DNA from: Thermoanaerobaculaceae bacterium
GTDB taxonomy: Bacteria > Acidobacteriota > Thermoanaerobaculia > Thermoanaerobaculales > Thermoanaerobaculaceae
DNA: 59,479 nt
NCBI GenBank assembly: GCA_025456225.1
Contig: JALOLB010000001.1
Span: 14,054 to 73,532 of the forward strand
Direction of reading: 5' to 3'
Every line of letters starts with the position of its first letter. The stretch's first letter is position 1. This document shows, piece by piece, positions 47,907 through 56,036 of this stretch. The translations under genes were made by a program, and so were the position numbers. Below the pieces are notes generated by a model. That model saw only the letters and a list, made by a program, of their open reading frames with translations. It was not told where the DNA came from and did no database searches.

Positions 47907-50900
47907 ATGCGCTTGAGCCTGTCCGTGGTTGGGTTGGTCATGGCCGCGTCGTCGTCGGGGCTTGCGGCGCCCCTCCTGCCGACGTCCAGCGCGAGGTGGC
48001 GGATGGCGGGCCAGGTCGGCGGCCCCACGATGGCTGTCGCCGTCAGGGACTCGGTGACGCTTGTCGGAGTCGGGTGTCGGCTCGTCATCTGGGACGTCGC
48101 GCAGCCGGCCGCACCGCGAGAGCTCGGCGCGACCCCGCCGCTCGGCGATCGCGTCCTCGGCATCGCGGTGAACGGGAATCGTGCGTATGCGGCCGCCGGC
48201 TCGGCGGGCCTGTTTGTCGTCGACATCACCGACCCGGCCTCACCGGTGATTCTCGGCCACTGGGACTCGCCCGGTTCGGCGGAGGGGATCGCGGTGGTTG
48301 GCGGCCACGCGTACCTGGCCGACGGCCCATTTGGTGTGCGCGTGGTGGATGTTTCGGATCCGGCCCGCCCGGTCCCTGAGGGATCCGCCTTTGACATGAG
48401 CTTCGCCTTCGACGTTTCCGTCCAGGGCGAGCTCGCCTTCGTGGCCGCCGCTGGCTCCGGCCTTCTCGTCGCCGATGTCTCGGACCCGCAGCACCCGCGC
48501 GAAGTCGCCTGCCTCGATACCCCCGGGTTCGCCCGGGATGTCCTGGTTGCAGGCTCCGTCGCGTATCTCGCCGACGCCTGGGGCGGCGTCCGCACCTTCG
48601 ATATCTCAGCGCCGGAGCGGACCGTCGAGCTGGCATCACTCATCCTGCCGAGCTGGGCCTACGGGGTCGCACTCTCCGGCTCGACACTGCTGGTTGCGGA
48701 CGGCTCCCAGGGCCTGCGTGCGGTGGATGTCGCCGACCCGCGGCACCTCCATGAAACCGGCGCCTACGAGGTGCCGTGGGTCCACCATTCCTCCGGTGTC
48801 GCCGCCTCCGGCGGGCGGGCGTATCTGGCTGTGCGAGACGACGGCCTGCACCTGATCAACCTGGCCTCGCCGACACAGCTCGCCACGATCTCGGTGATCG
48901 ACCCGCTCGTCAGCGCCTGGTCGGTGGCCGTCGCTGGCAATCTCGCCTTCGTCGCGGCAGCAAGCCAGGGGCTGCGGGTCGTGACGCTGGACGACGGTCC
49001 GCGTGAAATCGGCCGGCTCGACCTGCCCGGGTTCGCCACCAGGGTCGTCCAGGCAGGCACCCACGTTGTGGTCGGAGGCGGGGACCTGGGTGGCGGTCGG
49101 CTCGCGGTCGTGGATCCCTCGGTGCCCGGCGCGCCGCGCGAGGTCGGGAGTGTTCGGCTGCGCGGAATGCGTGATCTCGCCGCGATTGGCTCCCTCGTGC
49201 TCGTCGCCGAGGAGGCCGGGCTCCAGGTCATCGACATCGCGGACCCCGCGCGCCCGACGGTAGTGGGCGCCCTCGACGACCTCTCGGGTGGCGCGACCAA
49301 CTCGGTGGCGGTGAGCGGGACGGTGGCGATCGTGACCGGCGCCGCCGACGGCGCATGGATCGTCGACCTCACCGACCCTCGCCGCCCGGTGCGGCGCTCG
49401 ACCTACGTGCCAAGCTCGACGGGCATGCCGGCGGCCGTGGCGGCAGGCGCCGGATACGCCTACTTCCTCACGCATCCCGGCGGCCTCCGGATCGTCAGCC
49501 TGGACGATCCGGCGGACCCGCGTGAGGTGTCCGCTCTTGCGCTTCCCGGGCTCCCCGAATGGGCGCGTCTTGACGGCACCACGTTGCTCGTGGCAGCCGG
49601 GGACCACGGCCTGATCGAGGTCGATGTGTCCGAGCCCTCGATGCCACGCATCGTCAGCACCTACCGCACACCCGGGTACACGTCCGGCGTTGCGTGGTCC
49701 GGCGACCGGATCGTGCTTGCCTCCGGCGAAGGTGGACTGGTGGTCCTCGAACGGTCCGGCCTGGAGTCGGCAGCCATCCGCGAGGCGAGCGCGCCGAGCG
49801 GAGGCGGTCCGGCAGCCGCGCTGCAGCCGCGTGCTGCGGGGGGCCACCCCGGCGACGTCCGGCGGCGTTTGCCGTCGGGGCTTCCGCGGGCTGCGGCGGT
49901 GGTTTCCCCAACCCGGCGCAGCGCCCCCGGCCAGGCGCACGCGTCGGCGTCCCGCAGATTGCCGCAGGTGCTGACCGTGACGAGCACCGCGGACGCCGGC
50001 CCCGGAACGCTTCGCGAAGCGCTCGCCGCGGCGTGGGAGGACGACACGATCACCTTCGACCCCACCGTCTTTCCGCCGACGTCACCAGCAGCGATCAGGG
50101 TCAAGAGCCTTCTGGCCTGCCCATGTCGCGACCGGGTGACGGTCGACGCCTCCAACGCCGGCGTCATCCTGGACGGCAGCGAGTTCCCGGGGGGAGGCAT
50201 CACCCAGGGCCTGGGCATCAACACTGACGGCAACCGGGTGATGGGTCTGCAGATCACCGGCTTCACCAACGGCATGATGGTGGGTGGGGCCAATAACACC
50301 ATCGGTGGCGACCGGTCCAGGGGCAGCGGGCCGAGCGGCGAGGGCAACGTGGTCAACCGCAACGCTGACACCGGGATCGGCCTGAGCGGGCAGGCCGCTG
50401 GGGGCAACAGAGTCATCGGAAACCTCGTCGGCACCGACCCAACGGGAACGATCGGCCTCGGCGGTCAGGCGGTGGGCATTCTCGTGCACGACGCCGGACC
50501 CGGCAATGTGATCGGCGGCTGGGAGGCTGGCGAGGCCAACGTGGTCAGCGGCAGCGGGTCGGAGCTGATCCTCCAGGCGACCCGAGGCCAGAGCGTGATC
50601 GGCAATCGGATCGGTACCGATCCCACCGGCCGCCTCCGCGTTGGCGCCAGCATCGTCGGCATCGGTTCCGCAGTGACCGCGGACAACCTGATCGCCGGGA
50701 ACGTCGTCACAGCGGACCTGGCCGGCATCGGCGTGTGGGACATCGGGAGCCGATTCAACCGTGTCGTCGGGAACCGCGTCGGTGTTGGCAGCGACGGCGA
50801 CGTCATCGCGACCACCGGACCGGCAGCGCGGGAGGGGATCGGGCTCACCGAGGGTCACAACCTCATCGCCGACAACCTGATCGGGGGCAACCTCCAACAG

Positions 50901-51674
50901 GGTCTCGCGCTGGCCGCGGCCGAGGCGGTCGCCGTGGGCAACCGAATCGGCAGCGACCCAGCCGGGTCACCACCCCGGCCAGGGTCCGGCGGATCAGTGG
51001 AGACCGGTGTCGTCATCTCGTCAGGGACCCAGACCGGAGCCGCGGTGCGGACACTCTTCGGGGGCGCGGGCCCCACCGAGGGCAACGTGGTTAGCGGCGC
51101 CACGGGTACAGGCGTCTCGATCGTCGGGGCGGGCGTGCGAAGTGTCTTCATCCTCGGCAACCTCATCGGCGCCGCTGGAACCGGGACAGGTTTCCCCGGC
51201 AACGCTCAGAACGGCCTCAACATCGCCGAGGTTGACGGTGCCTTCGTTCAGGGCAACACGATCGCCGGCAACGGCGGCGCTGGCGTTGGCGAGTGGTCCT
51301 CCACGGCCGTCCGCCTGCGCCGCAACTCGGTCTACGCCAACGGCGCCGCCGGCCTCGATATCTTCTCTCCCGCGGCACCGTCTCCGCCGGTGCTCGGGGC
51401 CGTCACCTCGCAGCGGGTCACCGGCACCGCGTGTGCGGGGTGTGTCGTCGAGGTGTTCTCCGACCTGGAGGCGGAGGGGCGCGTGTACGAGGGGACAGCG
51501 ACTGCCGGGCCGGACGGCGCCTTCACACTCAGCACGTCGCCGCGCTACCTCACCGGCCGCAACGTGACCGCGACCGCGACCGACGAGGCCGGCGCCACGT
51601 CTGCGTTTTCCGCGCCGGTGGCCGTCCCCAGGCAGCCGCGCCGCCGCCTGCGATCGCTCGCTGCGACCGAGTGA
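47907..51674 (+). CDS. Giant secreted protein: LVIVD-repeat beta-propellers plus right-handed parallel beta-helix (CSLREA-type) region
   Basis: ATG at 47907 (GGAGG 6 nt upstream; signal peptide MRLSLSVVGLVMAASSSGLA). The N-terminal half has many A.G..G[LV].V[VI]D[VI][ST]DP..P units. Then LTVTSTADAGPGTLREALA, followed by repeated G..N.I.GN.[IV]G beta-helix turns. Confidence 0.85.
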   Translation: MRLSLSVVGLVMAASSSGLAAPLLPTSSARWRMAGQVGGPTMAVAVRDSVTLVGVGCRLVIWDVAQPAAPRELGATPPLGDRVLGIAVNGNRAYAAAGSAGLFVVDITDPASPVILGHWDSPGSAEGIAVVGGHAYLADGPFGVRVVDVSDPARPVPEGSAFDMSFAFDVSVQGELAFVAAAGSGLLVADVSDPQHPREVACLDTPGFARDVLVAGSVAYLADAWGGVRTFDISAPERTVELASLILPSWAYGVALSGSTLLVADGSQGLRAVDVADPRHLHETGAYEVPWVHHSSGVAASGGRAYLAVRDDGLHLINLASPTQLATISVIDPLVSAWSVAVAGNLAFVAAASQGLRVVTLDDGPREIGRLDLPGFATRVVQAGTHVVVGGGDLGGGRLAVVDPSVPGAPREVGSVRLRGMRDLAAIGSLVLVAEEAGLQVIDIADPARPTVVGALDDLSGGATNSVAVSGTVAIVTGAADGAWIVDLTDPRRPVRRSTYVPSSTGMPAAVAAGAGYAYFLTHPGGLRIVSLDDPADPREVSALALPGLPEWARLDGTTLLVAAGDHGLIEVDVSEPSMPRIVSTYRTPGYTSGVAWSGDRIVLASGEGGLVVLERSGLESAAIREASAPSGGGPAAALQPRAAGGHPGDVRRRLPSGLPRAAAVVSPTRRSAPGQAHASASRRLPQVLTVTSTADAGPGTLREALAAAWEDDTITFDPTVFPPTSPAAIRVKSLLACPCRDRVTVDASNAGVILDGSEFPGGGITQGLGINTDGNRVMGLQITGFTNGMMVGGANNTIGGDRSRGSGPSGEGNVVNRNADTGIGLSGQAAGGNRVIGNLVGTDPTGTIGLGGQAVGILVHDAGPGNVIGGWEAGEANVVSGSGSELILQATRGQSVIGNRIGTDPTGRLRVGASIVGIGSAVTADNLIAGNVVTADLAGIGVWDIGSRFNRVVGNRVGVGSDGDVIATTGPAAREGIGLTEGHNLIADNLIGGNLQQGLALAAAEAVAVGNRIGSDPAGSPPRPGSGGSVETGVVISSGTQTGAAVRTLFGGAGPTEGNVVSGATGTGVSIVGAGVRSVFILGNLIGAAGTGTGFPGNAQNGLNIAEVDGAFVQGNTIAGNGGAGVGEWSSTAVRLRRNSVYANGAAGLDIFSPAAPSPPVLGAVTSQRVTGTACAGCVVEVFSDLEAEGRVYEGTATAGPDGAFTLSTSPRYLTGRNVTATATDEAGATSAFSAPVAVPRQPRRRLRSLAATE

Positions 51675-51731
51675 CCTGCTCCGATTCGAGCTCCCCGGCA
51701 TTGCACGGCGGTTGCTTGATCACGTCAGGTG

Positions 51732-51753
51732 CCACGTCCACACTTGTCGACAC
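51732..51753 (+). repeat. Copy D of the 22-nt intergenic motif
   Basis: ccacgtccacacttgtcgacac, 58 nt after the stop of the LVIVD gene. Confidence 0.8.
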
Positions 51754-51964
51754 TATTGAGGTGTCAGGTCAGGCCCCTGAAGGCCACGCCACCGACCATG
51801 CCGCGAGAGCAAGCCAGGGCGCCTGCGGTCTGCCCGACGTTTCTTGCGGGTCGCCAGACCGACTTGGGTTGAAAGCCGGCGGTGTTGTGGAAGTCGTGTC
51901 AACTGTTGCGGACGCGGTCCCGAAGCGCAATGCGACCCGACCGGGAGCCATCGGAGTGGGTCTC

Positions 51965-51993
51965 TTGAATCGCCTGGTGCCGGCGGTTATACT
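51965..51993 (+). promoter_or_regulatory. Sigma70-type promoter for the mazEF-like operon, probably giving a leaderless mRNA
   Basis: TTGAAT (51965-51970), a 17-nt spacer, then TATACT (51988-51993). The ATG at 52000 lies 6 nt after the -10 element and has no Shine-Dalgarno sequence. Confidence 0.6.
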
Positions 51994-51999
51994 TTCGGT

Positions 52000-52236
52000 A
52001 TGAAGACGGCCATTTCCGTTCCGGACTCGATCTTCCGCGAGGCCGAGCGGTTCGCTCGGGAAGCGCGGAAGTCCCGCAGTCAGCTCTTCAGCGAGGCGGT
52101 CGCGGAGTACCTTGCCCGGCACACGCCTGACGCGGTCACAGAAGCGATGAACTTGGTGTGCGAGCGCCTTGACGGACCGGATGACCAGCTCGCGGCGCTG
52201 GCCGCGCTGGAGACGCTGAGGCGAGCAGAATGGTAG
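52000..52236 (+). CDS. Ribbon-helix-helix antitoxin (MazE/CopG-like)
   Basis: 78 aa. MKTAISVPDSIFREAERFAREARKSRSQLFSEAVAEYL fits an RHH fold. It overlaps the toxin gene by 7 nt. Confidence 0.8.
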   Translation: MKTAISVPDSIFREAERFAREARKSRSQLFSEAVAEYLARHTPDAVTEAMNLVCERLDGPDDQLAALAALETLRRAEW

Positions 52237-52577
52237 CGATCGCACAGGGCGAGGTGTGGTGGGCCGACCTCGCGGAACCCACCGGTTCGGGCCCTGGCTT
52301 CCGTCGCCCCGTGCTTGTCGTGCAGGGCGATGCCCTCAACCGGAGCCGGATTGGCACCGTGGTCTGCGTGGCCTTGACGACCAACCTCGGGTGGGCCGAT
52401 GCCCCGGGGAACGTGCTGCTGCCGTCAAGGACCTCGGGGCTTCCAGAGGACTCGGTTGTCAACGTCTCGCAGATTGTGACCCTCGACAAGAGCTGTCTGA
52501 CCGAGCGGGTCGGCTCGCTGTCCGAGCGCGAGCTCGACACCGTTCTTGCCGGCATCGACATCGTCCTCGGCCGATAG
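52230..52577 (+). CDS. mazF: MazF/PemK-family endoribonuclease toxin
   Basis: 115 aa. Motifs: GEVWWADL...GFRRPVLVVQ...VVCVALTTN...LPEDSVVNVSQIVTLDK. Confidence 0.9.
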   Translation: MVAIAQGEVWWADLAEPTGSGPGFRRPVLVVQGDALNRSRIGTVVCVALTTNLGWADAPGNVLLPSRTSGLPEDSVVNVSQIVTLDKSCLTERVGSLSERELDTVLAGIDIVLGR

Positions 52578-52642
52578 GCGGCGTGCCGGTGGGTCGCGGC
52601 CAGGCACGTCGGTTGCGAGGGTGAACATGGGGGGAACCAACG

Positions 52643-52665
52643 AAAAAGCCCCGGTTGCCCGGGGC
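52643..52665 (-). terminator. Rho-independent terminator downstream of the tRNA-derived segment (may also end mazF on the plus strand)
   Basis: Stem GCCCCGG / CCGGGGC with a 4-nt loop. On the minus strand it is followed by TTTTT (complement of the A-run at 52643-52647). Confidence 0.7.
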
Positions 52666-52676
52666 TTGCAAGTTGT

Positions 52677-52733
52677 TGGTGCGAAAGGGGGGACTCGAAC
52701 CCCCAAGGGCTAATGCCCACAAGATCCTGAATC
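52677..52733 (-). tRNA. 3' fragment (anticodon loop to CCA) of tRNA-Leu(CAG); not a complete gene; probable att remnant
   Basis: The minus strand reads TTCAGGA-TCTTG-TGGGCATTAGCCCTT-GGGGGTTCGAGTCCCCC-CTTTCGC-ACCA. That is an anticodon loop with CAG, a long variable arm, a T arm and the 3' acceptor strand. The matching 5' acceptor strand (GCGAAAG) and the D arm are absent upstream, and anticodon-stem pairing breaks down beyond about 52733. Confidence 0.7.
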
Positions 52734-52861
52734 AGAATAGCGCCTCCGATGCGAGAGAATGCCCGTCCTTGTTAGTCCTGCACAAAGGTTGACAGTGTAA
52801 CCAGATAGGCCGATACTCCTGATTGTTGGAGGAGGCCAGAATGAGCCCTGTTATGCCCGCC

Positions 52862-52939
52862 GAGGTTAGCCCGAGGTTAGCCGAAATGTGGCCATTGAAG
52901 CGGGCATTTTGGCAATACTGTGGTGGCCTGAGGTTAGCC
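52862..52939 (+). repeat. Three direct GAGGTTAGCC repeats upstream of int (candidate arm-type recombinase binding sites)
   Basis: Copies at 52862-52871, 52873-52882 and 52930-52939, each preceded by C[CT]. They lie between the att core and the integrase start. Confidence 0.6.
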
Positions 52940-52989
52940 CGTTTGTGCGAAAGAAGCGAAGAAAGCGAAGAAAGGGCGGAGGTGGCGCC

Positions 52990-54309
52990 ATGCCCCGAGG
53001 TGTGAAAGCCGGCTGTAAGCGGGAAGAGGGGTTGCTCACGGAAGAGGTGGTGGAGGGGTTGAGGCCCCGGTCCGGCCGGTGGTGGTTCTGGGACAGCAAG
53101 TACCCGGGCTTCGCGGTACGTGTCCACCCCTCAGGGGTGCGGACGTTCTACCTGATCCGCAAGCACGACGGGAAGACTGAGCATCTGAGCCTCGGGAGCT
53201 GGCCCGCCGTGAAGTGCGACAAGGCCCGAAAGCAAGCCGAGGCAAAAGGGGGCAAGTACGGGGAAGGTGGAAGCCCCGTGCAGGCCAAGCGGGCCGCGAA
53301 GGCAAAGGCCCGAGCCCAAGTGAAGCTCTCGGAAGCGTGGGAAAGGTACCAAGCTGCCCGCCTGGCCCATGCCGACGACCGGCGGAAGCGGGCGGTACGT
53401 TTCGAGGTGTGGACCTGGGGGAAGCACCTGGAAGAGACGTTCGGAAGCCGCGCGGTGGACTCCCTTACCCGTGCCGAAGTGGCCCGCTGGTTTCTGGGTT
53501 TGACCGCAAAGGCCGGCCCCGTGGGAGCGAACCGAGCACGCGCGTTGCTATCGGGCATCCTGAGCTTCTGGGCTGGCCAGGTTGAGGCCGACTTGCCCAA
53601 CCCCTGCCGCGGGGTGAAGCCCAACCGCGAGACGGGCCGCGAGCGGTACCTGAGCGCTGGCGAGCTTCGCGCGTGGTGGGCCGCGGTGCTGGCGGCCCCG
53701 GCGCAGGATACCCGCGAACTGCTGGCCGTCCTGAGCCTCACGGCGGCCCGCCAAGGAACGCTGCGGGCCATGTGCTGGGAAGAGCTGGGCTGGCAGGGTA
53801 AGGCGTGGCGCATCCCTGGCGAGAAGATGAAGGCCGGGCGGGAATGTGTACTGCCCTTGAACGCCCCGGCCCTCGGGGTGCTCCGAGCGCGGTGGGAGCG
53901 GACCGGAAAGCCCCGCTCGGGCTACGTGTTCCCGAGCCGAGACGGGCAACCCCGCCGCGAGCTGCGCGAGCCCTTCACTGACACGGCCACGTCGGCCGGG
54001 CTGGCCGACTTCACGCCCCACGATTGCCGCCGCACTGCCGCCACCGCCGCGGCTGACGCCGGGGTGGACTCGGCCGTTATCGCGCACCTGCTAGGCCATG
54101 TCGACAAGAGCGTGCTCGGCCGGTACCGGAAGGTAACCCCCGCCACTGCCGCGGCTGCCTCGGAGAAGATGGCGGCTGCCCTGCTGCTCCCAGCGGGGCT
54201 CGTGCCGGCGGACTTCGTGGCCGGGCTGCCCAAGTCCGGGGCCATGCGGCCCGAGGCCGAGGCGGCGGGAGTGCTGCCCTTCCCGGGCGTCACGGGGGGT
54301 GGGCAGTGA
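52990..54309 (+). CDS. Tyrosine-type site-specific integrase (P4-like, with N-terminal arm-binding domain)
   Basis: Track ORF 52888..54309 trimmed to the ATG at 52990 (GGAGGTG upstream). Catalytic signature: LTAARQGTL (Arg), HDCRRTAAT (His-x-x-Arg), LLGHVDKSVLGRY (His, Tyr). Confidence 0.9.
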   Translation: MPRGVKAGCKREEGLLTEEVVEGLRPRSGRWWFWDSKYPGFAVRVHPSGVRTFYLIRKHDGKTEHLSLGSWPAVKCDKARKQAEAKGGKYGEGGSPVQAKRAAKAKARAQVKLSEAWERYQAARLAHADDRRKRAVRFEVWTWGKHLEETFGSRAVDSLTRAEVARWFLGLTAKAGPVGANRARALLSGILSFWAGQVEADLPNPCRGVKPNRETGRERYLSAGELRAWWAAVLAAPAQDTRELLAVLSLTAARQGTLRAMCWEELGWQGKAWRIPGEKMKAGRECVLPLNAPALGVLRARWERTGKPRSGYVFPSRDGQPRRELREPFTDTATSAGLADFTPHDCRRTAATAAADAGVDSAVIAHLLGHVDKSVLGRYRKVTPATAAAASEKMAAALLLPAGLVPADFVAGLPKSGAMRPEAEAAGVLPFPGVTGGGQ

Positions 54310-54890
54310 CCGACCCCGGGGCGTTACTTGACTTGCTCAACCCCGCCCCTGAGCGTCGCGACGATGCCAGCCGCATGCTGGCCATGTGCCCCCCTCTACG
54401 TGAGCACGTCGAGCATAGCCTCGTCAACTGGCCGGCGATGGTGGCCGCGCGATCGCGTCGCATTGCTGCGCTTGCTCCGGAATTGGCGGATGAGGTTGAG
54501 GCCCTTCGCCAGATCGTCTCTGTTGAGTTTCCCACACGGGAAAGGAACCACATCACGTTCATTCTAAATGCCGCAACTGCGACTCTGGCAAGGCTCACGC
54601 AAGAGGCCCTCCGTTTTGCCAAACCGGTCAGTCGTGAGCACCCCAAGAAAGGCAGGCCACATTCTCGCTCCGTGCGCGGCATGCAGGTAGCGTGGCTGGA
54701 ATCGATCTTCCGGGAGTTCCACGTCTCACGGTGGCCGAGCGGGCACTTGCGGTGGATGGCTGAGCGAAACCGCTTCCTGCATGCGGCCCTTGACGTGGTC
54801 GGCTTGGACTGCGACCGCCGCCAACTTGAACGAGACCTGGCCATCGCCATCGCGACCCGGGAAGAAATCGAGCCCCCGAGACCGGTTTGA
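54306..54890 (+). CDS. Hypothetical protein translationally coupled to the integrase
   Basis: 194 aa. The GTG start overlaps the int stop (GTGA). Lowest-GC coding stretch in the window. I recognise no motif. Confidence 0.5.
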   Translation: MTDPGALLDLLNPAPERRDDASRMLAMCPPLREHVEHSLVNWPAMVAARSRRIAALAPELADEVEALRQIVSVEFPTRERNHITFILNAATATLARLTQEALRFAKPVSREHPKKGRPHSRSVRGMQVAWLESIFREFHVSRWPSGHLRWMAERNRFLHAALDVVGLDCDRRQLERDLAIAIATREEIEPPRPV

Positions 54891-54978
54891 TTCCCGTCTA
54901 GACTACTGCTCCATAAAGACATAGCTTGTCTTCGACGGACGGGCGGCAACCGAGGCTGCCCAACCTTGGAGGCGAGCT

Positions 54979-55194
54979 ATGCAGGTTGCCAAGCAAGCGA
55001 AGATTGACCGAGGCCGAGCGTTCCACGACCCCGAGGCGGCCGAATTCCTGGGACTGTCCGCCCAGACGTTGCCGGCATGGCGTTCCCGCGGCCGCGGCCC
55101 CCGCTTTCACAAGGTCGGCCGGCGGGTGGTGTACTTCGAAAGCGACCTAACCGCGTTTCTCGACTCGCGGGCGACCGACCCTGAGGGGGCGTAA
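54979..55194 (+). CDS. AlpA/excisionase-family helix-turn-helix DNA-binding protein
   Basis: 71 aa. EAAEFLGLSAQTLPAWRSRGRGPRFHKVGRRVVYFESDLTAFLD is a typical Xis/AlpA HTH. GGAGG upstream. Confidence 0.8.
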   Translation: MQVAKQAKIDRGRAFHDPEAAEFLGLSAQTLPAWRSRGRGPRFHKVGRRVVYFESDLTAFLDSRATDPEGA

Positions 55195-55196
55195 TC

Positions 55197-56036
55197 ATGT
55201 CTCCCGGCGCGTACCTAGCGGCGGTCCTGGACCTCGCGGCGTTCGGGGTTGCGGTGCTGCCGCTTTGGCCCGCGGCGCCGGGTGGCGGGTGCTCCTGTTC
55301 GCGCGGGGTTGCGTGCGACTCCCCCGGGAAGCATCCGGCGGCATTCCTGACCCCCTCGGGTCTGAAGGACGCAACCCGCGACCCCGAGACGTTGCGCCGG
55401 TGGTGGGCGAGTCCCGAGCGAAGGACGGGCCGCTCGTGGAACGTGGGCGCCGTCGTGCCTCCCTGGCTGGCGGCGGTGGACATGGACGGTCCCGAGGGGC
55501 TGGCAGCTTTGCATGCCGAAGGGCTGAGCCTGCCGGCGACACTCACGGCTGAGACGGGCCGCCCCGGGGGGCTGCACTGCTGGTACCGGACCGAGCGGCC
55601 CATACCGCCCGCCGTGGGGGTGCTGGCTCATGTGGACGTTCGGGGACCGGGCTCTTACCTTGTGGCCCCTCCGAGCTTGCACGCTTCGGGGCGCCGCTAC
55701 CAGTGGCGGGCCGGGAGCTTTGACCCTGAACTGATCGCGCCGGCCCCTTCCTGGCTGCATGAGCTGGCCAGGCCCGCGGCGGCCCCCTCGATCCCGACGG
55801 ACCCCGATCGGTGGGGCGAACTGCTGGCCGGCCCCGTGGTCGAAGGGGCGCGCAACGCCACCGCCGCACGGGTGGCCGGATTGTGTTTCCGGTGCCTGCC
55901 TGCCGCGGCTGCCTGGCCACTACTTGAAGCGTGGAACGCTACCGCCTGCAAGCCCCCCCTCAGGGATGACGAGCTGGGGCGCGTCGCGGCGAGCATCGCG
56001 GCCCGTGAGCTAGCGCGCCGCGGAGGCGCCCGATGA
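55197..56036 (+). CDS. Bifunctional DNA primase/polymerase (Prim-Pol) domain protein
   Basis: 279 aa. Motifs: VLPLWP...GKHP, acidic AAVDMDGPEG, GGLHCWY, DVRGPGSYLVAPPSLH. Confidence 0.8.
   Translation: MSPGAYLAAVLDLAAFGVAVLPLWPAAPGGGCSCSRGVACDSPGKHPAAFLTPSGLKDATRDPETLRRWWASPERRTGRSWNVGAVVPPWLAAVDMDGPEGLAALHAEGLSLPATLTAETGRPGGLHCWYRTERPIPPAVGVLAHVDVRGPGSYLVAPPSLHASGRRYQWRAGSFDPELIAPAPSWLHELARPAAAPSIPTDPDRWGELLAGPVVEGARNATAARVAGLCFRCLPAAAAWPLLEAWNATACKPPLRDDELGRVAASIAARELARRGGAR

Noticed and set aside
47672-47907. Small ORFs 47672..47875 and 47698..47907 as candidate precursor peptides for the operon
   Set aside because: They have no ribosome-binding site and an Arg/Pro/Gly-rich composition like other shadow frames. 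They overlap each other in different frames and have no Cys/Ser/Thr-rich core.
21852-51753. Reading the 22-nt motif as a sigma54 (-24/-12) or sigma70 promoter
   Set aside because: The copies have TGCCAC/TACCAC rather than TGGCAC and no TTGC at the correct spacing. No consistent -10 hexamer follows TTGTCG at 16-18 nt. One copy lies between convergent gene ends, so I make no promoter claim.
52677-52765. Complete tRNA-Leu gene
   Set aside because: The 5' acceptor strand complementary to CTTTCGC and a D arm cannot be found upstream. The anticodon stem pairs at only 2-3 positions. I report it as a 3' fragment only.
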